A DNA stretch of 60,179 nucleotides from Alphaproteobacteria bacterium (GTDB taxonomy: Bacteria > Pseudomonadota > Alphaproteobacteria > Rs-D84): positions 1 to 60,179 of the forward strand of contig JAFRSF010000002.1 in the NCBI GenBank assembly GCA_017427715.1. The letters are read 5' to 3'. This document shows, in pieces, positions 11,483-22,623 of this stretch. The position numbers and the translations under genes were made by a program. The notes under the pieces were generated by a model. It was not told the DNA's origin and ran no database searches. It worked only from the letters and a program-made list of their open reading frames with translations. Position 1 is the first letter of the stretch. The number at the start of each line of letters is the position of its first letter.

Positions 11483-12781
11483 TTATTTTTTTAATATATC
11501 GCCGGATTTAATGTATTCAGGGGAACCCTTTTTCGCTTTTTTGCGCGCCAACTTAGCATATTTTTTGGCGTTTTTTTCGTCTTTATTCATTTTATAAAAC
11601 TCTGCCATTGCCCAATCAGATGTTGCGCTATCTGACACGCGTGCCAAAATCCAATATGCCAGGGGTGATGGTTCGTTTAATATAACCCGTCTGCATAATT
11701 CGCCAGCATGTTCTTTGTCACCGCTTTTGTTACGTTCAGCCAACACCACCGCCAAAGCGGTTTCAATTTGCGGCGCATTATTTGATAATGTTAAACTTTG
11801 TTTATACGCGTCCACACTGTCATCGTAATGCCCGTATTGATATTCTATGTCGCCCAACATTTCATAGAAATAGGGCGATTTTGGGTGTCGTTTAATCAAT
11901 GTTTGAATACCTGTTTTTGCGGTGCCCAAATTGCCTGCACGCATATTAGCAATTGCACGTGCATAAATCGCAGCATCTGATTTATCTTTGTATGGATACA
12001 AAGTCAAAACTGTTTTGTCGGTATCCAAATACCCAATCAATTTAGCACGCAGAATATCGTAATTTGTTTTTTCTTTGGCAATCTGATTTTTAGATTTTTT
12101 TGGTGTGTTTTTTAATTTGCCAATTTTGGTTTTTGCGTTATTTAATCTTTCACTGGTTAATGGATGATTTATTCTGTTCGGGTTAATACGTGTTTCAAAT
12201 GCGCCCTGAATATCATGCATTTGTTGAAAAACTTCTATTAATCCGTTTGGATCTTCGTTTGCTTTGACCATTAAATCAACTGCCAAATCATCAGCCATTC
12301 GTTCTTCATCTCGTGAAAAAGACAACATAGATTGTTGTGCAACACCAGCAGAACCGGCTAACACCCCGGCACCCGCAGACGGATTGCCACCTGCCACCAT
12401 CAATCCGATGCCCAGCGCCTGAATAATCATGGTTCGCATCATTTCGGCCTGCATTTTATCTGCGATTTGTATCATGTGGCCGCCGATTGTATGTCCCAGT
12501 TCATGCGCCACCACTGCGCGCAATGCGTTTGGTGATTTAATTTGTTTTAGTAATCCTGTATAAATAAATACATCTTCGCCACCACGAACAAAGGCATTAA
12601 AACTGTCATCGTTGATGATATATATTTTTAATCTGTTTTCTGGAATATTGGCGGCTTTGGCAATTGGTTTAATAATTTCTGTAATACCATATTCAACTTC
12701 TGTATCGTTAATTAATGTTGCACCATTTGCATTACACAGCAATCCGATTATTGTCAAAAAAAATAACATTATACGTTTCAT
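11483..12781 (-). CDS. M48 family metalloprotease with TPR repeats (BepA/YfgC-like)
   Basis: Signal peptide, FNAFV.GG, HELGH zinc motif, FSRDEERMAD, HPLTSER, TPR-like C-terminus. Confidence 0.88.
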   Translation of the reverse strand: MKRIMLFFLTIIGLLCNANGATLINDTEVEYGITEIIKPIAKAANIPENRLKIYIINDDSFNAFVRGGEDVFIYTGLLKQIKSPNALRAVVAHELGHTIGGHMIQIADKMQAEMMRTMIIQALGIGLMVAGGNPSAGAGVLAGSAGVAQQSMLSFSRDEERMADDLAVDLMVKANEDPNGLIEVFQQMHDIQGAFETRINPNRINHPLTSERLNNAKTKIGKLKNTPKKSKNQIAKEKTNYDILRAKLIGYLDTDKTVLTLYPYKDKSDAAIYARAIANMRAGNLGTAKTGIQTLIKRHPKSPYFYEMLGDIEYQYGHYDDSVDAYKQSLTLSNNAPQIETALAVVLAERNKSGDKEHAGELCRRVILNEPSPLAYWILARVSDSATSDWAMAEFYKMNKDEKNAKKYAKLARKKAKKGSPEYIKSGDILKK

Positions 12782-14848
12782 TTATGCACCTGCGGTTACA
12801 GAACAACCAAAAATCTGACGTAATTGTGCCGCCCAGATTTCATCATCGCTATTATTATTCATTGCAGCGGTCTGCGCCAATTTGAATAAATCCCTGTGTT
12901 CACGATAATTTACGAAATGGTATTGAATCCAACCACTTTGTTTAGTTCCCAGCAATTCGCCAACACCACGCATCATTAAATCTTGTTCAGCAATCACAAA
13001 TCCGTCTTCGGTTTCGCATAAAATATCCAATCTCTTTAATCCATCTGGGGTTATTTTATTACTATAAAGCAGTACACAATAAGATTGCTGTGAACCGCGT
13101 CCCACACGACCGCGTAATTGGTGCAGGGCAGCCAGCCCAAATCTTTCTGCATTTTCAATTACCATAATGGTCGCAGATGGAACATCAATACCGACTTCTA
13201 TGACAGTGGTAGATACCAAAATACGCATTTTAGAATCAGGGTCCGCAAACTGTGCCATTACTTTATCGCGTTCTTTTTTGTCCATTTGACCATGGCATAA
13301 TCCAACATGCGAAAATCTTGTGTTTAATTCTTCAAATCTAGATTGGGCAGCGGTCATATCAGACATTTCTGATTCTAACACCAATGGACATACCCAGAAT
13401 ACTTTTGCTCCCTTTTCAATTTGTGGTGCAATTCTGTCAATCAATGCATTTACACGCAAGGCCGGTATTTTAGATGTTTTAATTGGAATACGACCAGCCG
13501 GCTTTTCATTTATAATAGATATGTCCATATCTCCGTAAATTGTCATAGATAATGTACGCGGTATCGGTGTAGCGGACAGCGCCAACATATCCGGGTTACA
13601 TCCTTTTGTACGCATGTTGGTACGTTGTTGTACACCAAATCTATGTTGTTCATCGATTATAACCAATCCCAAATCTTTGTACATAACATCATCTGAAAAC
13701 AAAGCATGGGTACCAATGGCTATCTTCGTGCGCCCTGATTTTAAAGAAATTAATTTTTCGTTACGTGATGTACCTTTGTCCCGACCGGTCAACACATCAC
13801 ACACTAAACCCAATTTTTCACACATTGGCGCAAGTTTCGAATAATGTTGTTGAGCCAAAGTATCAGTTGGTGCCAGCAAAACACTTTGCGCACCACTTTC
13901 TGCCATTTTCACAGCTGCGGCCATTGCGACCATTGTTTTTCCGGAACCTACGTCACCTTGAACCAGTCGCATCATTGGTACTGGTTTTCGAAAATCAGCA
14001 AATATTTCATCGATTGTGCGTTGCTGGGCATTAGTTAATTGAAACGGCAGAATACTATAAAACTTGTCCATTAAATCATATTTTTTTGTGCGAATTGCGC
14101 GTTGATTTTTTTGTTCTTGTCGATTGCGTCTGTTGATGGCAATGGCGGTCTGATGTGCAAATAATTCACAGTAAGCCAACTTTGCCATATAGGTTCCGTT
14201 TGGTGTCAAATCTTCATCTGTTTCAGGATAATGCACATGTTCCAAAGCATCCAGAAATTCTAACATTCTTTCAGAACAAACATACGCGGAAATACGTTCA
14301 TGTATTATCTTAAAAATCTGGTCACGAACATTAGAAAATGTTTTTTGAGTTAAACCTTCGCCAGATGGATAAATTGCCTGATGTTTCGGAATCTTGTAGG
14401 CATTTTCGGGTGTTTCTATAAAATCAGGATGATTTATAATTGCGCCACTATTATGCGAATAATCCAATTTTCCACTGACAATACGCCATTTACCGATTGG
14501 CAATTTTTCAGTCCAATAATCCAAATAATTCACATTAAAAAATTGTATTGTGACGGGTGCAGCAAACTTATCTGCACATACAATTTGTGTTGGCCGTCTG
14601 CGACCACGAAATATACCGCCACGTTTATGGGATTTTACCATCAAAGATATTGTAATAGTGTCGCCCGTTTGTGCGTTTGTCACAGAATCCAATATTTCAC
14701 GTGGTCGTACATAAGATGGTGCGTGCAACAGAAAATCCAAAACCCGCCGTCCATTCAGAACTTCGTTAAACTTTGATGCCAGCACAGGTCCAACCCCATG
14801 TATGAATTGCAGGTCTGTATTAAAAAAATCAAAGATTTCTTTGTCCAT
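12782..14848 (-). CDS. recG: ATP-dependent DNA helicase RecG
   Basis: QGDVGSGKT, DEQHRFG, SATPIPRTL, QLRGRVGRG motifs. Start placed at MDKEIF from promoter geometry. Confidence 0.95.
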   Translation of the reverse strand: MDKEIFDFFNTDLQFIHGVGPVLASKFNEVLNGRRVLDFLLHAPSYVRPREILDSVTNAQTGDTITISLMVKSHKRGGIFRGRRRPTQIVCADKFAAPVTIQFFNVNYLDYWTEKLPIGKWRIVSGKLDYSHNSGAIINHPDFIETPENAYKIPKHQAIYPSGEGLTQKTFSNVRDQIFKIIHERISAYVCSERMLEFLDALEHVHYPETDEDLTPNGTYMAKLAYCELFAHQTAIAINRRNRQEQKNQRAIRTKKYDLMDKFYSILPFQLTNAQQRTIDEIFADFRKPVPMMRLVQGDVGSGKTMVAMAAAVKMAESGAQSVLLAPTDTLAQQHYSKLAPMCEKLGLVCDVLTGRDKGTSRNEKLISLKSGRTKIAIGTHALFSDDVMYKDLGLVIIDEQHRFGVQQRTNMRTKGCNPDMLALSATPIPRTLSMTIYGDMDISIINEKPAGRIPIKTSKIPALRVNALIDRIAPQIEKGAKVFWVCPLVLESEMSDMTAAQSRFEELNTRFSHVGLCHGQMDKKERDKVMAQFADPDSKMRILVSTTVIEVGIDVPSATIMVIENAERFGLAALHQLRGRVGRGSQQSYCVLLYSNKITPDGLKRLDILCETEDGFVIAEQDLMMRGVGELLGTKQSGWIQYHFVNYREHRDLFKLAQTAAMNNNSDDEIWAAQLRQIFGCSVTAGA

Positions 14849-14886
14849 GTTATACATGTTAGCAGACAAATGTGATTTTGTTCAAT

Positions 14887-14919
14887 AAAAAAACTGGCGG
14901 TTTTCCGCCAGTCATTTTT
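14887..14919 (-). terminator. Intrinsic terminator after ackA
   Basis: ACTGGCGG-TTTT-CCGCCAGT stem, followed by a T-run on the minus strand. Confidence 0.65.
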
Positions 14920-14933
14920 ATGCGTATCGCAAA

Positions 14934-16175
14934 TTAATTCGCAAAAGAATAATTCATCTTTAAATGGTCAGGGTTGTAGGTACCATTGATAATTGCCAAA
15001 GTATCTTCAACAATGACTAATTCTTCATTTGTTGCAATCATCATAATTTTTACAGGGCTGTCGTCAGTGCTAATAATTGCTTCTTCAACACCTTTGCGTG
15101 CAACAGCATCTTCGTTTTTCTTTGGGTCTAATTTGATGCCCAAACCTTCCAGACCTTTGCAATATTGAGAACGCAAATAAGCATCATTTTCACCCACACC
15201 CGCAGTAAATACGATTGCATCAACATGACCAAGTTCAGCCATAAATGCACCAATATATTTGCGTACGGTGTGTGCTTCCATGTCAATAGCCAAACGGCAT
15301 TCTGACATAGATTCTTTGTTTGCTTCAACATCACGACGATCCGAGAAACACTTTGTAATACCCATTAAACCAGAATCTTTGTTCAAATGTTTCTGCATTT
15401 GTTCCGTGCTTAATCCCAATTTCTGCATTACATATAACACAACACCAGCATCTAAATCACCACAACGGGTTCCCATGATTAACCCAGCCACAGGTGTCAT
15501 ACCCAAAGATGTATCAACAGCAACACCATTACGAATTGCCGCTGCGGATGCGCCAGAACCAATATGCAAAGTAATTAAATTACATTTATCTGCAGGTTTA
15601 CCAAGCATTGCGGCTGCGCGTTTAGAAACGTATAAATGGGATGTTCCATGGTAACCATATCTGCGAACTTGTAAGTTTTTATACCATGCTTCTGGAATAG
15701 CATATCTAAAAGATTCTTCTGGCATGGTGTAATAAAATGCTGTATCAAATACTGCAACCTGTTTGGCATTAGGTATTAATTGTTGTGCAGCAACAATACC
15801 GACCAGCGCAGCAGGATTATGCAGTGGTGCAATATCTGATAGTTCATCAATTTTTTTCATAACTTCATCATTAATTTCCACAGAAGAATTAAATTTTTCA
15901 CCACCCAAAACAACACGATGACCAACACCACGTATTTCTGTAATATCAACAGATGCATCATGCAACATACCAACGACAGCATTTAATGCATCTTTGTGGT
16001 CTTTCATAACGATTTCTTTTCTGTCTTTGTGTCCGTCTGGATATTTTTGAGTGATAGAAGAATCTGGTAATCCGATTTTTTCAACCAAACCACCCACAAC
16101 GACTTTTTTTGTATCTGCATCAAAAACTTGATATTTCAGGGAAGAAGAACCGCAATTCAGAGCAAGTATGTACAT
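14934..16175 (-). CDS. ackA: Acetate kinase
   Basis: ILALNCGSSSLKYQ, GHRVV.GG, APLHNP, RRYGYHGTSH, FTAGVGEN, TNEE motifs. Confidence 0.96.
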   Translation of the reverse strand: MYILALNCGSSSLKYQVFDADTKKVVVGGLVEKIGLPDSSITQKYPDGHKDRKEIVMKDHKDALNAVVGMLHDASVDITEIRGVGHRVVLGGEKFNSSVEINDEVMKKIDELSDIAPLHNPAALVGIVAAQQLIPNAKQVAVFDTAFYYTMPEESFRYAIPEAWYKNLQVRRYGYHGTSHLYVSKRAAAMLGKPADKCNLITLHIGSGASAAAIRNGVAVDTSLGMTPVAGLIMGTRCGDLDAGVVLYVMQKLGLSTEQMQKHLNKDSGLMGITKCFSDRRDVEANKESMSECRLAIDMEAHTVRKYIGAFMAELGHVDAIVFTAGVGENDAYLRSQYCKGLEGLGIKLDPKKNEDAVARKGVEEAIISTDDSPVKIMMIATNEELVIVEDTLAIINGTYNPDHLKMNYSFAN

Positions 16176-16302
16176 GATTTTATCCTTTTGTTTTGTTAGA
16201 ATTATATTTTTACGGCAACAGAATAGCAAACAAATTGAACTGTTTCAATAATAAACTGATAAAAAACAATTGATAACAAAGATATTGACTATTGTATTTA
16301 GT

Positions 16303-18894
16303 TCAATTTCTACCATTTTGATTATACATATTAAGCGACAAATTGGTTTGTGCTTCGGTTCGGCCCTGCAAGTCATTCCAATATTCTTGAAGTATTAAGA
16401 CCTTGTTCAAGTTTTTTCTATCCCAACTTGTCAATGCTGCATTCATCGCTTTAATTGTTTTATTTATATCCTTGATATCTTTTTCTGCATTGTTAAATTT
16501 TTCTATCTTATTTGTAACGCTAACATATTCTTGGTTTTTTGCTGTTGCGTTATCATATTGTGTTTGGGCCGTTTTATATTTTTGGTCCGCTGTTTCATAT
16601 TCTTGGCTATATGTTTCGTATTCTTGTTCTAAACGCAGGTATTCATCGTACTGACTTTTGTGTTCTGTGCAAAAAGTTTGTGCCGCTTGAATCTTTTTGT
16701 AACGTTCTGAATTTGGATCGCTGTCTTGTTGTTCTAAATCTTTAAGATGGTGTTGTTTTTTGAGATTTTCAACATTTTGTTGTGCTATTTGGTCAGCAAG
16801 TGCTTTTTGTGTATCAGCATCGGTTTCCTTTGCTTTTGCATCTTCCAAAGATTTTATCAATTCTTTTTGATCCTGTATATCTTTTCTAAGTTGTAGTTCA
16901 TCTTTTTTATCAACAATCCGTTCGTACTGTTCGTATTCGTCCTTGACATTCTCTAGTTTTTTCATTTGTTCTTCGTGCTGTTTTAAGCGCTCTGCAATCC
17001 GATTTCGTTCGGTTTCAGCTGTTTCTATATCTTCTTTATATTTGGTAAATTGGTTTCCTCCCAGTATAGTGTCTTTTTGTGTTTCCAAGTTTTTTACCAA
17101 ATTTTTTATAGATTTTTCATCACTAATGCCCAATTGTTGTAATTGTTGGGCTTTCTCTTGTGTTTTTTTGTTGATAAGATTCTGAATGTCTTCTCTGGAA
17201 TTGGAACTGGCATGTTCAGTTACCCTGTTTTGTTCTGTATTAAAGGCCTTTGATAATAATCCGCTTTGATTATCTTTACCCGAAAATGTTCTGCCAGATA
17301 AAAAATAATTGTTTCCAATAAATGTCACAGCATAACCAATACCCATAAATGCGGCTTTGACACTTTTGTCAAAGGCAGATGTCACAAATTTTATAGCATC
17401 GTTGTTTTTATTCCATGATAAATCTTTGTCTGAAAAAATGGTAAAATCTGTCTGTTTTATTGTATCCATAATTTTACTGGTCAGCATACCATATTTCATA
17501 GCCGTCATAATTTCCATCGCAGTTTTGGCTTTATCCACAGCGTCTGGGTCATTATTATTTGGGTCTGCGGCTTTCAGTATAATTTGTTCAATGACGCATT
17601 TCATTTGTTTTGCATTTCGCCATGCACCGTCAACAGCATTTGGGATATCTGCTTTGATAGCATTCATGGTTTCAACAAACCAATCAAAGTGTTGTTCCAC
17701 AGTTTTATCAGAAAGTTTTTTCTTTACATCAGCAGATTTATCTAACAAAGTATTTAAACCATCTGCGGGTTTTATTCCCAGTTTATCAATTTGTTTAAAC
17801 AATTCTTTGGCTTGCGAGCTTTTAAATGCAGGTATGCTGCGTAATTCTTTGTATTTGTCAATTGTGTCCCTGTATGTATCAGCAGTCCATTTTTTTAATC
17901 GTTGCAGTGGTGTACGAACATCTTCAACTTTGGGTTTTATATAATCGTCACTTTTAGAATCTTGCCATGGAATTCTTGATTCTGCTTTTTCCACCCTTTC
18001 TGTTATTTTGTATAATCCGTCATATTTTTTATATTTTTCACGAACAGATTTGTCGTAATACAGGGTGTTTAAAAATTCGTTGATTGGCGCAATACCATTT
18101 GGACCCTTTTTTACGAAATCTTTAAGTGCTGTATCGTCTATTTTTGAAAAAGCATCTTCTTGGGTAATGACGTTTAATGCTTCGTCTATATTAAGTAATG
18201 CTTGCTGGTTCCGGTAATCTTCACCTCCTGCTATGGTAGGTTGATTTAAATATTGCCCCAAGGCCATAGAAATTTGTTTCAGTTTATCTCGTGCTTTGGT
18301 GTCTGTTCCATACTTTGGGGGTGTGGCAGTATTTTCCTTAATAAACTTGTCTAAATCCCGGATGTTGTCAAATTGTTTGCTGTTGCTGTCATCAATTTTG
18401 GTTGTGTTTCTTACAATCCAATTCTTTATTTCCGTTCGACGATCAGAAGTGTTTAAAAAGTTAAGAAGTTTGTTTATACTATTTTTACATTCATCAGTGG
18501 CCTGTGGAAGTTTAAAGTACGGTTTATCACCGACCATCCATCTGTCAATAAACCTAAGAATGTTTGTATCTCTGGGTTCTCTATAATCCACAGAATGGCT
18601 TTTTAAATCAGACAAAGTCAGAGTCATAGCTCTGTATATTTTATCTTGCAGTTCTGTTTGTAGTAATTCTTCTTCGTCTTGTGGGTCAGGCAGGTTTTTT
18701 GCCCTGTATTTACCAGGGGCAGTTGGATCTGGTTCTAAAAAATCTATAAACCATCTTTCTTGCTCTGCAGTCAGCAAGCCCTTTTCTTTTTCATCAAGCA
18801 ATCTGGCCATAACATTGGTGTTTTCCACCATTGCCTTAGCATGCAAGCGTCTATAATACTTCTTTAGATAATCACCGTATTTATTATCTGCCAT
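16303..18894 (-). CDS. Large hypothetical protein with a long C-terminal coiled coil
   Basis: 863-aa ORF, AGGGG SD, K/E/Q-rich heptads, one hydrophobic stretch. No family recognised. Confidence 0.75.
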   Translation of the reverse strand: MADNKYGDYLKKYYRRLHAKAMVENTNVMARLLDEKEKGLLTAEQERWFIDFLEPDPTAPGKYRAKNLPDPQDEEELLQTELQDKIYRAMTLTLSDLKSHSVDYREPRDTNILRFIDRWMVGDKPYFKLPQATDECKNSINKLLNFLNTSDRRTEIKNWIVRNTTKIDDSNSKQFDNIRDLDKFIKENTATPPKYGTDTKARDKLKQISMALGQYLNQPTIAGGEDYRNQQALLNIDEALNVITQEDAFSKIDDTALKDFVKKGPNGIAPINEFLNTLYYDKSVREKYKKYDGLYKITERVEKAESRIPWQDSKSDDYIKPKVEDVRTPLQRLKKWTADTYRDTIDKYKELRSIPAFKSSQAKELFKQIDKLGIKPADGLNTLLDKSADVKKKLSDKTVEQHFDWFVETMNAIKADIPNAVDGAWRNAKQMKCVIEQIILKAADPNNNDPDAVDKAKTAMEIMTAMKYGMLTSKIMDTIKQTDFTIFSDKDLSWNKNNDAIKFVTSAFDKSVKAAFMGIGYAVTFIGNNYFLSGRTFSGKDNQSGLLSKAFNTEQNRVTEHASSNSREDIQNLINKKTQEKAQQLQQLGISDEKSIKNLVKNLETQKDTILGGNQFTKYKEDIETAETERNRIAERLKQHEEQMKKLENVKDEYEQYERIVDKKDELQLRKDIQDQKELIKSLEDAKAKETDADTQKALADQIAQQNVENLKKQHHLKDLEQQDSDPNSERYKKIQAAQTFCTEHKSQYDEYLRLEQEYETYSQEYETADQKYKTAQTQYDNATAKNQEYVSVTNKIEKFNNAEKDIKDINKTIKAMNAALTSWDRKNLNKVLILQEYWNDLQGRTEAQTNLSLNMYNQNGRN

Positions 18895-19033
18895 AATTAT
18901 TACCCCTAGATATTTTTATCTTTTTCGTTGTAGCAATTGTATCATTTTTTTGGGTTTTGTTCAAGTTTTTTGTCATTTTTATGTGGTTTTTGTTCCTGTC
19001 AAAAAAATGAAACGTTGGGTATATATTTATAGC

Positions 19034-19651
19034 ATGAAAATTATAAATATTCTTTTGAAAATGATACCTTATATTTTGTCTATTGTGGGCGGAATAATTG
19101 TTTTTGATATTTCCCAGAATTATATGCATGCAGCGGGTTGGAAAGATTTGATGGATAATATTGCTGCATCACTGTTGGCCATACCTTTGGTGTTTTTATT
19201 TTATGATTATTCAAATTATTTGATTACAAGACGTGTGCATAAACATATGCACAATAACATAATTAATTCTGTGGATTCCTATCTGTTTAAAATATTGACA
19301 CAGATTAAAAATATAGCCAATCTGCCGCGTATAGAGGTTCCAATGCAAGATTTAAATTTAAACTATAAAAAATTGAATTTTAATATACGATATCTGCATA
19401 CGTTGCGCAAACAATTGCATGAATTAGAAGATTTACTTTATAAATCGGATAAAATAGAAGTATTAGACCCCCAACATACCCAGATTTTGTCTTTCATAAC
19501 CCAAGAATTGAATCAGATTTTAAACGAATGCAAATATCACAATTCACCACGTGAAATCGCTAGATACTTGGAAACAACTTTGTCAATGATAGATGATTGG
19601 TTTTATGCTACTGGATACACCAGCAGAACAAAGCAGAAAAACAAAGAATAA
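19034..19651 (+). CDS. Hypothetical membrane protein (2 TM)
   Basis: Two N-terminal hydrophobic helices, then a soluble helical domain. Start uncertain. Confidence 0.65.
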   Translation: MKIINILLKMIPYILSIVGGIIVFDISQNYMHAAGWKDLMDNIAASLLAIPLVFLFYDYSNYLITRRVHKHMHNNIINSVDSYLFKILTQIKNIANLPRIEVPMQDLNLNYKKLNFNIRYLHTLRKQLHELEDLLYKSDKIEVLDPQHTQILSFITQELNQILNECKYHNSPREIARYLETTLSMIDDWFYATGYTSRTKQKNKE

Positions 19652-19759
19652 ATTAATAATGTTGCCCAAAACATTTTTTTAAAAAAAATCTTGATTTTAT
19701 GTTTTTTATATGTCAAAATGTTGCCCGAACCCAACGCAGAAATGTATAGAAAGGTTTCT

Positions 19760-19835
19760 GGAGGCATAGCTCAGTTGGTAGAGCAAATGACTTTTAATCA
19801 TTGGGTCCAGAGTTCGAATCTCTGTGCCTCCACCA
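19760..19835 (+). tRNA. tRNA-Lys(TTT)
   Basis: GGAGGCA/TGCCTCC acceptor stem, anticodon arm AATGA-CTTTTAA-TCATT, GTTCGAATC T-loop, encoded CCA. Confidence 0.97.
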
Positions 19836-19840
19836 CGATT

Positions 19841-19864
19841 GAAACCACCGTTTGGTGGTTTTTT
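19841..19864 (+). terminator. Intrinsic terminator after tRNA-Lys
   Basis: AAACCACC-GTTT-GGTGGTTTTTT. Confidence 0.7.
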
Positions 19865-19902
19865 CATTTTTGCCCGCAAACATATTAATTAATGGTAAAC
19901 AA

Positions 19903-20478
19903 ATGATAGAAACACGACAAAACAACCCACAAATCTGCGCCATTGTGGCAGTGGGTCCCGATAATGTTATTGGGTTAAATGGAACTATGCCGTGGCATTC
20001 GCGGGCGGATTTTTACCATTTTAAAAAAATGACGGTTGGTTTTCCCGTAATTTTCGGTAAAAATACTTTCTTTAATTTACCAAAATATCCATTACCAAAG
20101 CGGTTGAATATAGTATGCAGTTCATCATATAAAAACGAAAATATGGGTGATTATGTGCGTGCTTCGTCTCTGGAAGATGCTGTGAAATATTGCGCAGGAT
20201 TTGAAAGATTGTTTGTTTGTGGGGGTGGGGCGCTTTATAAATATTCTTTGGAACAAGATTATATTGATACCCTATATTTGACTAAATTAATTGCGCCAGA
20301 ATTGTCTGAACAAATTGCGAAAAATCCCACGTTGTATACCCGTTTTCCTGTTGATATCACGATGTTTTTAAATTCAGACAAATGGCGTGCGCAACAAATT
20401 GTTTATCCAGCGGGTACTTTACCCCAAGAAAACACCGATATAATCGCACAATTTTTTAAATGTGTCAGAACACGCTAG
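19903..20478 (+). CDS. folA: Dihydrofolate reductase
   Basis: AIVAV..DNVIG.NGTMPWH..ADF..FK..T, VIFGKNTF, PLPKRLNIV, VCGGGALY motifs. Confidence 0.88.
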   Translation: MIETRQNNPQICAIVAVGPDNVIGLNGTMPWHSRADFYHFKKMTVGFPVIFGKNTFFNLPKYPLPKRLNIVCSSSYKNENMGDYVRASSLEDAVKYCAGFERLFVCGGGALYKYSLEQDYIDTLYLTKLIAPELSEQIAKNPTLYTRFPVDITMFLNSDKWRAQQIVYPAGTLPQENTDIIAQFFKCVRTR

Positions 20479-20549
20479 GTGTTTTGTCTTTTTATAGTGT
20501 ATGCGCATTTATTGACACGCCATGCCATTTATGATACAATTTGAACATT

Positions 20550-21569
20550 ATGAAAAAAGATGCCTACGAAAAAGCCAAACAGAAAATACTTCGTTTATCA
20601 GAAGAATCTGTGATTCCTGGTGTTCATTCTTTGGATTACGTTATGGGCGTAAAAGACATGTCTGAAACAGACCGTATTTTTTATGAAGCATATAAACTTT
20701 ACGGGAACAGGGATCATACATGGCAATATTTTAAACAGATGTTCAAAGGTGATGTGCAACAAATGCAGAAAACCGTTAAAAACTGGAAAACTTGGGATGA
20801 AATAAACAAATTGCCAGAAGGGCAAATGCCTGTAGCCAATTATTCTACGTATAATCCGAAAATTGCCCAGTTAGAAATGGAAATAGAACAAAAATTAAAA
20901 TCAAAAAATCTGACAGACAAAGAACGCAAACAATTTATCAAAGAATATATGGAAAAGATGTATAATTTGATTAACATGGAAAATGGTGATTTTGTAGTTG
21001 CTGAACGCATCGATTTGTATCGTAAAATTATAATTGAAAACCCTGATATGTTGCAGAAAGCCGTAAGTTTTTATTTCTTAACCCCGGCAGAAAGAATTGA
21101 ATTTGTAAAAAACTTGTTGGACAAAAGTGCAGAACGGTTTGGTGTGCCGAAATCAGAGGTTGTACAAATTGAAAAACTGCCTTTGAAAACACGTTTTAGT
21201 TTATTTGGCACAGTGGCAGGTTATGATAACGAAACCAATATTTTTTATATTCGTGGCGAAGAACGTGATTTGGTAAATATGCTAGAAATAATTGTACATG
21301 AAAATGGACATAGAATTGATTTTTTTAATCCAAATATGGGTATGATAGGAACCCAAATATTAAAATGGTCTAATCCAAACTATATTCGTTGTGATAACGT
21401 TTTGTCACCAAAATCACGTAATTTGTATTTTAAAAATCCTACTGAATTAAGTTCTTATTACTTGGGTGAACCTGTGGCTGCGGCATTAACAAAAGCGGTT
21501 GATGATATTAAATTTCCAAAAGGAAAGTCAATATTATCAGTTATTAAGAACATATTTGTACGTGATTGA
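20550..21569 (+). CDS. Hypothetical protein with an HEXXH motif (possible zinc metallopeptidase)
   Basis: IIVHENGH, then downstream NPTE. Preceded by TTGACA-17-TACAAT. Confidence 0.6.
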   Translation: MKKDAYEKAKQKILRLSEESVIPGVHSLDYVMGVKDMSETDRIFYEAYKLYGNRDHTWQYFKQMFKGDVQQMQKTVKNWKTWDEINKLPEGQMPVANYSTYNPKIAQLEMEIEQKLKSKNLTDKERKQFIKEYMEKMYNLINMENGDFVVAERIDLYRKIIIENPDMLQKAVSFYFLTPAERIEFVKNLLDKSAERFGVPKSEVVQIEKLPLKTRFSLFGTVAGYDNETNIFYIRGEERDLVNMLEIIVHENGHRIDFFNPNMGMIGTQILKWSNPNYIRCDNVLSPKSRNLYFKNPTELSSYYLGEPVAAALTKAVDDIKFPKGKSILSVIKNIFVRD

Positions 21570-21740
21570 TATCCAAAAAGCATAATTTGAAGTCATTCCA
21601 TTGTAGTATGACTGGCGTTTTACGTAGAATAAAAAGTAATCACAGATAACAGGTCTTGTTTTTCTTGATTTTTGAAATATTTATAGTAATGATGATTATA
21701 TCAGCGTATTTTGTGCAACCTTTAACCAAAAGGATTGAAT

Positions 21741-22580
21741 ATGCAAAAACGATATACAGACCTGAAAATGTTTGAAAAACAATCGATGGTTGATTTATAC
21801 GGAGCTGATTTATCACTGATTAATGATTTAATTTTTACCCAATATAATAAAATTGTAAATCTGTCTGGTGCTACAGGTCTGCATGGCATCGTGGATTTAA
21901 GTCGTGCCGAATATATAGATTTAAGTTTAACTGATTTAAAAAATGTAAAAACACTGTTGTTAAATCCAAACGCACGCTATGTCCAAATATCTGGTGTAAC
22001 TGGTTTAAGTGGTGTATTGAATTTAAGTCATGTAGACAGCTTATATTGCAAAAATATAAATCTAGCATCTGTTAATATCAGATTTAATCCGAACGCAAAA
22101 AAGATTAACCTTGCATTTGCACGCAACGCCACAGGCACCTTGGATTTTGGTAACGTTCAAGAGTTATGTTTGGCTTCGATGGACTTGTCCAATGTAACAA
22201 CTCTTAAACTGAATCCTAATGCTAATTTAATAAACTTAAGCGGAACCAAAGGTCTATCTGGGACGTTGTATTTTAATAATGTTGCGGCACTGTATTTCAA
22301 CTTTGCTGATTTATCTGGTGTGTCTGAGATAAAATTTAACAAACACGCATCGGTGATTGATTTGGCTGCAACCAAAGGTTTACATGGGGTACTGGATTTT
22401 GGTCATTCTCGATTGGTCAACCTGCGTAATGCAGATTTATCCAAAGTGACCAAGATAATTTGTGGTGCAAACACGAATTTAAAAGATTTACCGACAAATT
22501 GGCATGGTGAAATTGTTCGTTTGGGTGCAACAGTAAATAAAAAAGTACAAGACACAAAAAGAGAGACACGCGGTAGATAA
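21741..22580 (+). CDS. Leucine-rich-repeat-like protein
   Basis: Roughly 44-aa repeats of LNPNA..INLSG..GLSG.LDF..V..L.L...DLS.V. AAGGA SD. Confidence 0.75.
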   Translation: MQKRYTDLKMFEKQSMVDLYGADLSLINDLIFTQYNKIVNLSGATGLHGIVDLSRAEYIDLSLTDLKNVKTLLLNPNARYVQISGVTGLSGVLNLSHVDSLYCKNINLASVNIRFNPNAKKINLAFARNATGTLDFGNVQELCLASMDLSNVTTLKLNPNANLINLSGTKGLSGTLYFNNVAALYFNFADLSGVSEIKFNKHASVIDLAATKGLHGVLDFGHSRLVNLRNADLSKVTKIICGANTNLKDLPTNWHGEIVRLGATVNKKVQDTKRETRGR

Positions 22581-22623
22581 AATCTTATAGCGCAGTGTAT
22601 GTAAAAATGATACACTATGACGC

